DNA from: a virus | Taxonomy: Duplodnaviria; Caudoviricetes | Virus record (IMG/VR): IMGVR_UViG_2863231158_000001 | Length of the DNA stretch: 64,000 nt | Strand: one strand, 5' to 3' | In this document: positions 28,555-38,506 of the stretch, in pieces | Numbering within the stretch: the first letter of the stretch is position 1 | Layout of the letters: the number at the start of each line of letters is the position of its first letter | Made by a program: the position numbers and the translations under genes | The notes under the pieces: model-generated | The model's input: only the letters and a program-made list of their open reading frames with translations | Told to the model about the DNA's origin: nothing | Databases searched by the model: none

Positions 28555-28920
28555 ATGGGATACCTGTCCGCAGAACAGATCCTCGGCGCCGACGACCTCG
28601 CGTATGAGGACGTCGAAGTGCCGGAGTGGGGCGGCACGGTGCGGGTGCGGGAGATGCCCGGCACCGAGCGCGACAAGTTCGAGTCCCACTTCGTCGGCAA
28701 GGACGGCGCCTCGGTGCGCATGGAGGGCCTGGAGGGGTTCCGGGCCCGGCTCGCCGCCGCGACGATCGTCGACGAGCACGGTAAGCAGATGTTCCGCTCG
28801 GCGGCCGAAGTGAAGCGGCTCGGCGAGAAGAACGCGGCCGCCCTCCAGCGGGTATGCGACGCCGCGATGCGGCTGTCGAAGATGAGCGAGGCCGACGTCA
28901 AGGAGCTCGCGGGAAACTGA
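28555..28920 (+). CDS. Tail assembly chaperone (gpG-like)
   Basis: VEVPEWGGTVRVRE; ends in slippery G GGA AAC TGA. Confidence 0.85.
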   Translation: MGYLSAEQILGADDLAYEDVEVPEWGGTVRVREMPGTERDKFESHFVGKDGASVRMEGLEGFRARLAAATIVDEHGKQMFRSAAEVKRLGEKNAAALQRVCDAAMRLSKMSEADVKELAGN

Positions 28921-29264
28921 GGGCGCGGCCACAGCGGGCCTTCTACTTCCGCTTGGCCGCGCACCTCGGCGCCCGCTCCGTGCGCCACATGCTCGCCGAC
29001 ATCGGGGCGGCCGAGCTCGCCGAGTGGCGCGCGTATGAGGAGATCAGCGGCCCTCTCGGCGGAGCCCGCGGCGACTACAACGCGGCTGTGGTCGCCGCCG
29101 CGATCGTCGCGGTGAACCGCGGCAAGAACCAGAAGGCCCCGCCGCTGGGGGACTTCATCCCCCGCTGGGACCGCACGAGGATCCGCAAGACGCCCGAGGA
29201 GCTGTTCCAGAAGGCCATGGCCGCGAACACCGCCCTCGGCGGGCAGGTGATCACCCACAACTGA
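28911..29264 (+). CDS. Tail assembly chaperone -1 frameshift extension (gpT-like)
   Basis: Heptamer GGGAAAC 28911-28917; -1 frame reads ...FYFRLAAHLG...ELAEWRAY. Confidence 0.8.
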   Translation, partial: GKLRARPQRAFYFRLAAHLGARSVRHMLADIGAAELAEWRAYEEISGPLGGARGDYNAAVVAAAIVAVNRGKNQKAPPLGDFIPRWDRTRIRKTPEELFQKAMAANTALGGQVITHN

Positions 29265-29288
29265 ACAACGGCGAGGGGGTGATGGCCG

Positions 29289-31421
29289 GTGGCCACCCTC
29301 GCCTCGATGACCGTCCGTCTCGGCATCGACACCGACGCGCTGAGCGCCGACGCCGAGAAGGCCAAGAAGGTCCTGACCAATATCGGCAAGGCCGTCGGCG
29401 GCCTGGCCGGTGCCCCCGCCGCGGCCGCGATCGTCGCGGGGGTAGGCGGCATGGCTGCCGCGTTCGCCACTGCGGGCATCGCGGCCAAGGCCTTTCAGCT
29501 GGCTGTGGGCCCGCAGATGGAGGCCGTGGCCGAGGCCGCCACGCTCGCCGAGGAAGCCGAGAAGGCGGCCGCCGCCGGGGCGGAGGACGCCGCCGAGAAA
29601 CAGAAGGCCTACACCGACGCCCTCGCGGCCATGCCCCCGCACACGCGCGCGATGGCCAAGGAGTTCATCGGCCTCAAGAAGGACTACTCGGCCTGGTCCG
29701 ACAGCCTCTCCTCGAGCACCATGCCGGTGTTCACCAAGGGCCTCCAGGTCGCCCGGCGCCTGCTGCCGCTGCTCACCCCCTTCGTCAAGGAAGCGTCCAA
29801 GGCCTTCGGGGAGTTCGTCGACGAGATCGACCGCGGCACCCGCGGCAAGGGCCTGGAGACGGTCGCCGCGTCCCTCGCGAAGATCGCCGGACGCAACCTC
29901 AAGAGCCTGCTGACCGGGCTGAAGAACATCGCGGTCGGCATCGCCGGAGTGATCAAGGCGTTCATCCCCCTCTCCGACGAGATGAGCGGCGGCTTCGAGG
30001 AATCCACGGCCGCGTTCGCCAAGTGGGGGCAGGGCCTCGGCCAGTCGCAGGGCTTCGCCGATTTCATGACGATGGTCCGCCAGGGAGCACAGACCCTCAG
30101 CGTCCTTGCCCAGGCCGCGGTGCGCCTGCTCATCGCGCTCGCGCCGCTCATCGGTGTCACGGCGGCCATCGCCATGGGGCTTTCGAGCATCATCGAAGCT
30201 CTCCCGCCCTCGGTGATCTCGGCGCTGGCCGGAGCCATCCTGACCGCCGTCGTCGCGTTCAAGGCGTACAAGGCCGTCTCCTCCACGGTGGATGCGGCCA
30301 ACGACCTGATGAACTCCCGCCTCGGCCAGCTCGCGCGCGGCTGGGTGCGCACGGCGGCCACCAGCGTCGCCGCGCAGGGCCGCATCGCCGCGCGCGCCGT
30401 CGTCACCGCGGCCCGCACCGCGGCCGCGTGGGCGATGGCGGCAGCGCGGGCGACGGCGACGTGGCTGGTCACGATCATCCGCGTGGCCGCGTTGACCATC
30501 GCCCGCTTCGCCATGATGGCGGCGCGCGCCATCGCGTGGGCTGCGGTCATGGCCGCGCAGTGGCTGATCGCCATGGGTCCGATCGGCTGGGTGATCGCCG
30601 CTGTGATCGCCCTCGTTGCGCTGGTCATCGCCAACTGGGACAAGGTCAAGGCCTGGACGCTCGTTGCCTGGACGGCCGTGCGCACGGCTGTTGCCGCCGC
30701 CGTTCAGGGTGTCCTGGCCGCCGTCGCCTGGCTCGGCCAGGTGCCCGGCATGATCCTGGGCTGGTTCACCAGCGCCAAGGACTTCGCGATCGCCGCCATG
30801 GTCGCGCTCGTCGCCTGGCTGGCCGGGCTTCCCGGCCGCGTCCGCTCCGCGATCGCGGGTCTCCTCGGTGTTCTGCGCTCGGCAGCCACAGCTGGTTTCA
30901 ACGCCTTCCGCGCCGCCGCGGCCGCGCGGGTGTCCTCGTTCCTCGGCTGGATCCGCGGCCTGCCCGGCCGCATCTCCTCCGCGATCGGCTCTCTGAAGAG
31001 CCTCCTCATGGGCAAGGGCAAGGACCTGGTGCGCGGCCTGATGGCTGGCGTGCGCTCGATGGGCGGCTGGCTCAAGTCGAGCCTGATGTCTTTCGCCAAG
31101 TCGATCATCCCGGGGCCGATCGCCAAGGCCCTGAACATCGGCTCGCCGTCGCGGCTCATGGCCGACGAGATCGGCCGGTGGATCCCGCCCGGCATCGCCA
31201 TGGGCGCCGAGGCCGCCGCCCCCGCCATGAACAAGTCCCTGGCCGGGCTCGTCGACGTGCCCGGCCTCACCACCGTGTCCCGGCCCGGCGCCGCTGGAGC
31301 CGCCCGCCAGGCCGTCGACGTCCGCATCACCGTCGACGGGCCCGAGGCCGTCAAGCGCCTCATCCGCTCCATCGTCGCCGCCGACGGCCGCGGCTCCGTC
31401 CAGACAGCCTTCGGCAAGTAA
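29289..31421 (+). CDS. Tape measure protein (710 aa)
   Basis: Ala-rich helical, periodic W, IGSPSR near the C-terminus. Confidence 0.9.
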   Translation: MATLASMTVRLGIDTDALSADAEKAKKVLTNIGKAVGGLAGAPAAAAIVAGVGGMAAAFATAGIAAKAFQLAVGPQMEAVAEAATLAEEAEKAAAAGAEDAAEKQKAYTDALAAMPPHTRAMAKEFIGLKKDYSAWSDSLSSSTMPVFTKGLQVARRLLPLLTPFVKEASKAFGEFVDEIDRGTRGKGLETVAASLAKIAGRNLKSLLTGLKNIAVGIAGVIKAFIPLSDEMSGGFEESTAAFAKWGQGLGQSQGFADFMTMVRQGAQTLSVLAQAAVRLLIALAPLIGVTAAIAMGLSSIIEALPPSVISALAGAILTAVVAFKAYKAVSSTVDAANDLMNSRLGQLARGWVRTAATSVAAQGRIAARAVVTAARTAAAWAMAAARATATWLVTIIRVAALTIARFAMMAARAIAWAAVMAAQWLIAMGPIGWVIAAVIALVALVIANWDKVKAWTLVAWTAVRTAVAAAVQGVLAAVAWLGQVPGMILGWFTSAKDFAIAAMVALVAWLAGLPGRVRSAIAGLLGVLRSAATAGFNAFRAAAAARVSSFLGWIRGLPGRISSAIGSLKSLLMGKGKDLVRGLMAGVRSMGGWLKSSLMSFAKSIIPGPIAKALNIGSPSRLMADEIGRWIPPGIAMGAEAAAPAMNKSLAGLVDVPGLTTVSRPGAAGAARQAVDVRITVDGPEAVKRLIRSIVAADGRGSVQTAFGK

Positions 31422-31432
31422 GGAGGCGCCGC

Positions 31433-34400
31433 GTGGCGTTCCCCAGCACCCCGCTGGACATCCGCACCGACCTCCAGCTGGCCGGTGTGTGGACCAACAT
31501 CTCGGGCGACGTCTACGTGCGCGACCCGAAGATCATCGACGTGGGCCGCCGGGACCAGGGCACGCGCACCGACCCCGGCAGCCTGTCCCTGACCATCAAC
31601 AACGCGGGCGGCAAGTACTCGCCGAGGAACCCCGTCAGCCCGCTGTACGGGCTGATCGGCCGCAACAGCCGCGTGCGCGTGTCCGTGCCCGGCACCGTCC
31701 GCTACCTCGACCTCACCGGCGCCTCCGACTCCTACGCCTCCACCCCCGACGCGGCGCCGCTGGACATCACCGGCGACCTCGACGTGCGCTGGGAAGGGGA
31801 AGCGTCCTGGTACGCGGCGGGCGCCCGCACCCTGATCGGCAAGTGGGAGACCACCGGCGACCAGCGGTCGTACCTGATGCGGATCCAGGACGGCCAGCTG
31901 TACCTCAGCTACTCGACGGACGGCACCGCGGCGCAGGCCTTCGCCCACTTCCGCCCCCTGCCCACCCTGCCCCGCCGCGCGGCCCTGCGCGCCACCCTCG
32001 ACGTCGACAACGGCACCGGGGGCCGCACCGTCCTCTTCTACTGGGCTCCCTCCCTGGCCGGGCCGTGGACGCCGTTCGGCACCACCTCCACGCTCACCGG
32101 CACCATCACCGTGTTCTCCGGGACGGCGCCGCTCACCGTCGCCCCGACCGACCTCACCGCGTCCACGCCCCGGCGGCCCCTCGAGGGCCGCGTGTACGGA
32201 GCCGAGGTCCGCTCGGGCATCGGCGGCAGCGCCGTGGCGAACCCGGATTTCAGCGCGCAGACGGTCGGCGCGACCGGCTTCACCGACGGCGCCGGCCGCG
32301 CATGGACGCTCACCGCGGCCGCAGCCATCACCGACCGCGAGCCGCGCTTCGTCGGCGAGATCGCCTCATGGCCTACAAAGTGGCAGCCCGACGGCTCCGA
32401 CGTGTGGACCACCGTCGAAGCCGCGGGCATCCTGCGCCGCTACGGCCAGGGCGCCAAGCCCCTCGACTCGACGCTGCGGCGCCGGATCCCGTCCGGGGCC
32501 CCGATCGCGTACTGGCCGATGGAGGAGGAGCGGGAGGCCACCCGTGCCTACTCGCCCATCAAGGGCGTGAGTGCGGCGGCCCTGACCGGCGTGGAGTTCG
32601 GCGCGGTCGACACGCTGCCCAGTTCGCGCGCGCTGCCCCGGCTGTCCGCGGCCGCCACCCTGTCCGCGATCGTGCCCACCCACGCCGACCCTGGCCAGTG
32701 GCAGGTCGAATTCGTCTACAACGCCGACGACAAGGCCCCGCCGGGCGCCGGGGACTGGGCCGAGGTCATCGGCGTTTCCACCACCGGCACCGTGCGCCGC
32801 TGGGTGATCGGCATGCGCGCGGGTGCCGCCCGCATCTACGGCTTCGACGCGTCCGGCACTGACGTCATCTTCCGCAGCGTCGGCCTCGGAAGTGACGTTT
32901 TCCATGGCTGGGTGCGCATGCGTTTCTGGGCCAGGGCCAACGGCAGCGCCGTCGACTGGCGCCTGGACTTCCAGGACGTCGGCGGCGACGCGGGCGGCCT
33001 CGGCGACACCCTCGCCGCCGCTACGCCGGGCCGCGTCACCGCCGTCACCGCCACCTGGGGCGCCCTCACCGAGGGCTGGGCACTCGGGCACCTGTCCGTC
33101 CTGCCGACCGCCGCCAACGGGCTCTACACCGGCAGCGACAACGGGTACGCGGGGGAGACCGCATGGCAGCGGATGCTGCGCCTGGCCAACGAAGAGGGCA
33201 TTCCTCTCGGCCGGAGTGCGGGCCCGCTCACGCCCGAACGCGTGGGCCCGCAGCGCCCCGAGACGCTGCTGTCCCTGCTGGAGGCCGCGGCCGAGGTCGA
33301 CGGCGGCCTCCTCCTCGAGGACCGCGCCCGCGTCGGCCTCGTCTACCGCGACCGCTCCACCCTCTACACCCAGGACCCCGCGCTCACCCTCGCCTACGAC
33401 GAGCCCGGCCTGGCCTACCCGCTCGAGCCCGTCGACGACGACGAGGCCACCCGCAACGACCGCACCATCACCCGCGAAGGCGGATCCTCCGCGCGCGCCG
33501 TCCTGGAAGAGGGCCGCCTGTCCGTGCAGGACCCGCCGGACGGCATCGGCCTGTACGACGACGCGCAGACGCTCGCGCTGGATGACGACGTGCAGCCCGA
33601 GATGCACGCCTTCTGGCAGCTGCACCTGGGCACCTACGACGGCGCCCGCTTCCCCGCGGTGTCCGTCATGCTCCACAAGGCCCCGGCCCTCATCCCGGCC
33701 GTTCTCGCGCTGCGCGAGGGCGACGTGATCCGTCTGACCGGGCTCCCGCCGTGGGTGTCCTACGACGACGTCGACCTGATCGTGCAGGGCTGGCACGAAG
33801 TGATCGACCTGCACAAGTGGGACATCACGTTCAACTGCTCGCCCGGGGGCCCCTGGAACACCGCCGTCGCCGACCACGCGGTGTACGGCAAGGCCGACAC
33901 GGACGGCTGCGAGCTGCTCGCCGCGGCGACGTCGACGGCGACCGAGCTGGACGTGGTCAGCGCGGGCCTGCCCTGGACCGAGGACCCGGTCGAGATGCCG
34001 ATCCTGCTGCGCCTGGGCGGCGAGGTCGTGGAGACGACCGCAGTGGCGCCGCTCGCCGACAGCTACACGCGCACCGTGTCGAACGGCTGGGGCACCGCGT
34101 CCAGCGGCCTGGTGTGGGCCACCGCCGGCGGCGCCGCCTCCGAGCGGTCCGTGGACGGCGCCCGCGGCGTCGTCACCCTGCCCAGCTCCGTGAGCAGCAT
34201 CCGCTTCCAGCACCTCGTGCCCGGGGTGCAGGACTGCGAGGTGCGGTGCCGGATGCAGGCCGGGCAGGTGTCGACCGGCGCGAGCATCGTCCCCGCGGTC
34301 CTGCTCCGCTACGTCAACACCTCGACGTACTACCGGGCCCGGCTGCACTTCGCCGTGGGCGGCGAAGTTTTCCTGTCTGTCACCCGCGACACCACGCAGG

Positions 34401-34759
34401 TCGGCGGCACCCCGCAGCTGTCCGGCGTCACGTACACGCCGTCCGATGAGTTCGAGCTGCGTGTGCGCCTGGAGGGCCACCGGATCCTGATGCGCGCGTG
34501 GAAGGTGGGCGCCGCCGAGCCGAGTGAGTGGCAGCACGACGTGACGATCACCTCGAACACGATCGCGGAAGGCGCCGTGGGCCTGTCCTGCTCCGGGTTC
34601 GCGGGCAACACGAACACCTCGCCCCTCGTGCGCTTCGACGCCTTCGAGGTGGTCGGCGGTCAGCGCCTGACCGTCACCCGTTCCGTCAACCGCGTCGTGA
34701 AGGCGCACGCCGTCGGCACCGCCGTGCGGCTGGCCCATCCCGCGATCGCGTCCCTGTAG
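31433..34759 (+). CDS. Large minor tail/baseplate protein with lectin (LamG)-like inserts
   Basis: AGGAGG RBS before GTG 31433; LTINN.GGKYSPRNP, PIAYWPME. Confidence 0.8.
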   Translation: MAFPSTPLDIRTDLQLAGVWTNISGDVYVRDPKIIDVGRRDQGTRTDPGSLSLTINNAGGKYSPRNPVSPLYGLIGRNSRVRVSVPGTVRYLDLTGASDSYASTPDAAPLDITGDLDVRWEGEASWYAAGARTLIGKWETTGDQRSYLMRIQDGQLYLSYSTDGTAAQAFAHFRPLPTLPRRAALRATLDVDNGTGGRTVLFYWAPSLAGPWTPFGTTSTLTGTITVFSGTAPLTVAPTDLTASTPRRPLEGRVYGAEVRSGIGGSAVANPDFSAQTVGATGFTDGAGRAWTLTAAAAITDREPRFVGEIASWPTKWQPDGSDVWTTVEAAGILRRYGQGAKPLDSTLRRRIPSGAPIAYWPMEEEREATRAYSPIKGVSAAALTGVEFGAVDTLPSSRALPRLSAAATLSAIVPTHADPGQWQVEFVYNADDKAPPGAGDWAEVIGVSTTGTVRRWVIGMRAGAARIYGFDASGTDVIFRSVGLGSDVFHGWVRMRFWARANGSAVDWRLDFQDVGGDAGGLGDTLAAATPGRVTAVTATWGALTEGWALGHLSVLPTAANGLYTGSDNGYAGETAWQRMLRLANEEGIPLGRSAGPLTPERVGPQRPETLLSLLEAAAEVDGGLLLEDRARVGLVYRDRSTLYTQDPALTLAYDEPGLAYPLEPVDDDEATRNDRTITREGGSSARAVLEEGRLSVQDPPDGIGLYDDAQTLALDDDVQPEMHAFWQLHLGTYDGARFPAVSVMLHKAPALIPAVLALREGDVIRLTGLPPWVSYDDVDLIVQGWHEVIDLHKWDITFNCSPGGPWNTAVADHAVYGKADTDGCELLAAATSTATELDVVSAGLPWTEDPVEMPILLRLGGEVVETTAVAPLADSYTRTVSNGWGTASSGLVWATAGGAASERSVDGARGVVTLPSSVSSIRFQHLVPGVQDCEVRCRMQAGQVSTGASIVPAVLLRYVNTSTYYRARLHFAVGGEVFLSVTRDTTQVGGTPQLSGVTYTPSDEFELRVRLEGHRILMRAWKVGAAEPSEWQHDVTITSNTIAEGAVGLSCSGFAGNTNTSPLVRFDAFEVVGGQRLTVTRSVNRVVKAHAVGTAVRLAHPAIASL

Positions 34760-34771
34760 GAGGAGGTCCTC

Positions 34772-36385
34772 GTGGCGACACCTGTCGAGCAGTGGCTGCC
34801 GGGCATGGACGTGACCGCGGGCCGCCTGGAGTCCATGAACCAGCGCTCGTCGTTCATGGTCACCAACTTCGGGGCGGACTCCTCCGGCAGCACGAACGCG
34901 GCGCCGGGTATCCAGATCGCCCTGGATCTGGCGCGCGACCTCGGCGGCGCGCAGGTGTACGTGCCACCTGGGGTGTACCTGATCGGCGCCACCCTGCGGA
35001 TCTACAACAACACTCGGTTGACGCTCATGGCCGGGGCCGAGTTTCGGCGGAACTTCGCCGGAACGATGATCATCAACGGGGACGCCGGGCAGGCCTTCGG
35101 CGGCTACACCGGCCATTCCCGGATCACCATCGAGGGCGGCCTGTGGAACATGAGGGGCACGACCGTCGGGCTCACCGGCAGCGCCATGTGCATCTCCATC
35201 GGCCACGCCACCGACATCGTCATCCAGGACCTGGAGATCCGGGACGTGCCGGGCTTCCACGCCGTCGAGCTGAACAGCACCAGCCACGGTGTGATCAGGA
35301 ACTGCAAGTTCCGGGGCTACATCGACCCTGGCGGCCGGGACTTCAGCGAGGCCGTCCAGATTGACTTGGCCAAGAGCGTTGGGGTCTTCGGCGGCTTCGG
35401 GCCCTACGACCACACGCCGTGCGAGGACGTGCTGGTCATGGGCTGCCACGTCGGCGCCTCCGGCACCGCGGGCACGACCGCCTGGCCGCGCGGCGTGGGC
35501 AGCCACAGCGCGACGATCACGAAGTTCCACCGGCGCATCCGCATCCTCGGGTGCAGCTTCGAGGGCCTCCTCCAGTACGCCGTGTCCGCGTACAACTGGG
35601 AAGACGTCACCGTCACCGCCAACACGTTCGTAACCTGCGGCTCCGGGGTGCGGCTGCGCACCGTCATCGCCTCCGACCCCGAGGACACCAAGGACCCGTC
35701 CGGCACGCCGACCGGCGGCAGCCAGAACATGCGCAACCTCACCGTCGTCGGCAACACCTTCCGCGACGGGCAGGGCTACGACGAGCCGATCGTGGCCCTC
35801 GGCGAGACCACCGGCACCGTCCTGAACGTGTCGATCTGCGGCAACGTCATCGACGGCTCGACGTCCGGGCAGAACGGCATCCGCCTCCAGGAGTGCAGCC
35901 GCATCACGGTCGGCGACAACTCGATCAACAACATCAACGGCAGCGGCATCAGCACGGAGGACTGCAACACGCTGACGATCACCGGCAACAACATCTACAA
36001 CTGCGCCGGTCACGGCATCACGATCATCGACAACAGCAACTCCAACGTCGTCGGCAACCAGGTCCGCGAGCCCGGCAACAACGGCATCCTCGTGCAGTCC
36101 AGCACCTTCGTGCACCTGCGGGAGAACTTCATCCGATCGCCCGGCCGGGCCACCAACAACACGTACTACGGCATCCGCCTGTCCACCAACGCGGACAGCA
36201 TCAACATGTCCGGCAACAAGGTCCGCCCGCACGGCTCGGGCAACGAAGCCGCCTACGCGTTCGCCGCCACGAACACCGTGACCACGCTGTCCCGCTTCGG
36301 CAACGACTGGCGCGGCACCTACGCGGCCGGCCAGATGCAGGACCTGTCCGTCACGCCGAACACGTCGGCCACCGACCTCACTTGA
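34772..36385 (+). CDS. Tail spike with parallel beta-helix (pectate-lyase-like)
   Basis: VTNFGA...VYVPPGVYLI; repeated ITGNNI/GI-x motifs. Confidence 0.8.
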   Translation: MATPVEQWLPGMDVTAGRLESMNQRSSFMVTNFGADSSGSTNAAPGIQIALDLARDLGGAQVYVPPGVYLIGATLRIYNNTRLTLMAGAEFRRNFAGTMIINGDAGQAFGGYTGHSRITIEGGLWNMRGTTVGLTGSAMCISIGHATDIVIQDLEIRDVPGFHAVELNSTSHGVIRNCKFRGYIDPGGRDFSEAVQIDLAKSVGVFGGFGPYDHTPCEDVLVMGCHVGASGTAGTTAWPRGVGSHSATITKFHRRIRILGCSFEGLLQYAVSAYNWEDVTVTANTFVTCGSGVRLRTVIASDPEDTKDPSGTPTGGSQNMRNLTVVGNTFRDGQGYDEPIVALGETTGTVLNVSICGNVIDGSTSGQNGIRLQECSRITVGDNSINNINGSGISTEDCNTLTITGNNIYNCAGHGITIIDNSNSNVVGNQVREPGNNGILVQSSTFVHLRENFIRSPGRATNNTYYGIRLSTNADSINMSGNKVRPHGSGNEAAYAFAATNTVTTLSRFGNDWRGTYAAGQMQDLSVTPNTSATDLT

Positions 36386-36436
36386 CCCGCCGCCCCGCGC
36401 CCGAACGGCCGGGGCATTCCTGTGCCTGGAGGCCCC

Positions 36437-37150
36437 ATGGCCGCACCCCTGTCCGCTTCCCGCCTCCTCGACGCGCTGCGCGCTGAGGGTGTGCGCGTCG
36501 TCGAGGTCGGCGACTGGCGTACGCACAACCGCAATTCGAAGGGCCCGTGGGGTCCGGTGCACGGCGTGATGATCCACCACACCGTGACCAAGGGGTCCGC
36601 CACCACGGTCCGGATCTGCCGCGACGGATACGCGGGCCTGCCGGGCCCGCTGTGCCACGGCGTCATCACCAAGGACGGCCGCGTGCACCTCGTCGGCTAC
36701 GGCCGAGCGAATCACGCCGGGCTCGGCGACGACGACGTGCTCCAGGCCGTCATCGCTGAGCGCACGCTGCCCGCCGACAACGAGGCCAACACGGACGGCA
36801 ACCGGCACTTCTACGGATTCGAGTGCGAGAACTTCGGCGACGGCGAGGACCCGTGGCCTGCCGCGCAGGTGGAGGCGGTCGTCCGCGCCTCGGCCGCGCT
36901 CTGCCGCGCGCACGGCTGGGGCACCGACGGGCCCACCTCCGTGATCGGACATGCCGAGTGGCAGCCCGGCAAGCAGGATCCGCGCGGCCCCGGCATCACC
37001 ATGGCCGCCGTCCGGGCCCGCGTCGCCGAACGCCTCCGCCACCCCGCCTCGTGGTCGCCCGGCACGACCACGCCGACCCCGAAGCCGCCCACTGTCGAGG
37101 AGCGGCTGACCGCTCTGGAGAAGCGCGTCAACGCGCTGGAGAGGAACTGA
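36437..37150 (+). CDS. Endolysin, N-acetylmuramoyl-L-alanine amidase
   Basis: GVMIHHT, ANHAG, GFECEN, VIGHAE, KQDP. Confidence 0.92.
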   Translation: MAAPLSASRLLDALRAEGVRVVEVGDWRTHNRNSKGPWGPVHGVMIHHTVTKGSATTVRICRDGYAGLPGPLCHGVITKDGRVHLVGYGRANHAGLGDDDVLQAVIAERTLPADNEANTDGNRHFYGFECENFGDGEDPWPAAQVEAVVRASAALCRAHGWGTDGPTSVIGHAEWQPGKQDPRGPGITMAAVRARVAERLRHPASWSPGTTTPTPKPPTVEERLTALEKRVNALERN

Positions 37151-37152
37151 CC

Positions 37153-37407
37153 ATGGGAACTGGCGCTTTCTGGAAGGCCACCGCCGAGCGGGCCGCGCGT
37201 ACCTTCGCGCAGTCCGTGCTCGCGCTCATCACCGGTGACGGCCTCGGCGTCCTCGACGTCGACTGGGGCCAGGCCGCCAGCATCGGGGGCCTGGCGGCGA
37301 TCGCCGCGGTGCTCACCGGGATCGTCACCAGCGGCGGCCCGGTCGGGCCCGGGCTGACGGAGACCGTGGCCACCGCGGACACCCCGCGCAGGCCGACCTC
37401 GATCTGA
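37153..37407 (+). CDS. Holin (r1t-like)
   Basis: FWKATAERAARTFAQ, VDW, hydrophobic helices. Confidence 0.85.
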   Translation: MGTGAFWKATAERAARTFAQSVLALITGDGLGVLDVDWGQAASIGGLAAIAAVLTGIVTSGGPVGPGLTETVATADTPRRPTSI

Positions 37408-37423
37408 CCGTGGGAGGGCCGGC

Positions 37424-37732
37424 GTGGCTGACGAGCCGACGATCGGGGAAGTCGTCCGCCGCCTGGAGGACGTCCGCCAGGACCTGAAGGAGGACATCCA
37501 CGGAGTCGTCGCGCTCGTCAACCAGAAGGTCGACGGAGAGATCTTGCGCCTCGGCCAGCAGGCCCAAGACGAGCGGCACACCGCCCTCGTCGACCGCGTC
37601 GCCAAGCTGGAGCAGCAGGCCGCGGAGAGGGAACGTCAGCGCATCGCCGACCGGCGCCTGATCTTCTTCTCCCTTGTCGTGCCCGTGCTGCTGCTGGCGA
37701 TCCAGCTGTACAACGCCAACCGGGGGGCGTGA
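37424..37732 (+). CDS. Coiled-coil protein with C-terminal membrane helix (lysis accessory)
   Basis: [15 protein letters not shown]; lysis module. Confidence 0.7.
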   Translation: MADEPTIGEVVRRLEDVRQDLKEDIHGVVALVNQKVDGEILRLGQQAQDERHTALVDRVAKLEQQAAERERQRIADRRLIFFSLVVPVLLLAIQLYNANRGA

Positions 37733-38370
37733 TGCACAAGGTGCCCCGCCGCGACCCCGTGGCGCTCATCCTCGGCCTGCTCCTGGCCGCGCTCGTGGCG
37801 TACATCTGGTGGCAGACCGCCGAGTTGTCCCGGGACCTGCGCACCGCCAATGCCGCACGGGACGCCCTCGCGCGGCAGGTACAGGGCCTGGGTGAGAAGC
37901 CGGTGGCTGGGCCGCCCGGGAGCCGCGGTGAGCCGGGCCGGAGCGTGACCGGGCCGCGCGGCCCCAGCGGTCCGGCGGGCGAGCCCGGCGAGGCGGGCCC
38001 GTCCGGGCAGCCGGGGAGCGCGGGCAAGGACGGCAAGGCGGGCGCCACGGGCCGGGACGGCGAGGACGGTGCCGCCGGAGGACCGGGCCCGAGCGGCGCC
38101 CCGGGAGCGCCCGGGGCCGACGGCGCCGCAGGCCCGCCCGGGCCGCAGGGCGAACCGGGGCCAGCTGGCGCGCGCGGCGAGCCAGGGCCACCCGGCGAGC
38201 CCGGCCGGGACGGGCAGGTCTGCCCGGACGGATACAGCCTCCAGCCACCGCCCGACGACCCCGACGCCCTCGTGTGCCGACGCGACGGCGCACCGAGTCC
38301 CGCACCTACCCCCGAGCGGCGCGGCCCGCAGGCCGCCGCGCTCGACCCCACCCGACGCCAGTACGCGTGA
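37729..38370 (+). CDS. Membrane-anchored collagen-like protein
   Basis: N-terminal hydrophobic helix, long Gly-X-Y run, CPDGY...LVC. Confidence 0.8.
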   Translation: MMHKVPRRDPVALILGLLLAALVAYIWWQTAELSRDLRTANAARDALARQVQGLGEKPVAGPPGSRGEPGRSVTGPRGPSGPAGEPGEAGPSGQPGSAGKDGKAGATGRDGEDGAAGGPGPSGAPGAPGADGAAGPPGPQGEPGPAGARGEPGPPGEPGRDGQVCPDGYSLQPPPDDPDALVCRRDGAPSPAPTPERRGPQAAALDPTRRQYA

Positions 38371-38372
38371 AC

Positions 38373-38411
38373 GCGCCCCGGCCCCCGCCTTCGTGGCGGG
38401 GGCCGGGGCGC
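38373..38411. terminator. Late-operon terminator hairpin
   Basis: GCGCCCCGGCCCCCGCC-TTCGT-GGCGGGGGCCGGGGCGC. Confidence 0.75.
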
Positions 38412-38506
38412 TTCGTCATGCACGAGAGTGGGCGATCCGCGCCCCCATGCCCACGCCGCCTGACAGCAGTACCGTGGACGCACATGACCTTCTGGCGGGG
38501 GTACGC

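Noticed and set aside
29279-31432. 1826-aa ORF as a single giant protein
   Set aside because: Its 5' part is an Arg/Pro-rich shadow frame over the tape measure gene; the real start is GTG 31433 with an AGGAGG RBS
32366-37042. Long antisense or alternative-frame ORFs (also 19424-22327, 42212-45742, 45589-49047, 28-1692)
   Set aside because: Typical high-GC shadow ORFs overlapping well-supported genes, with no recognisable motifs
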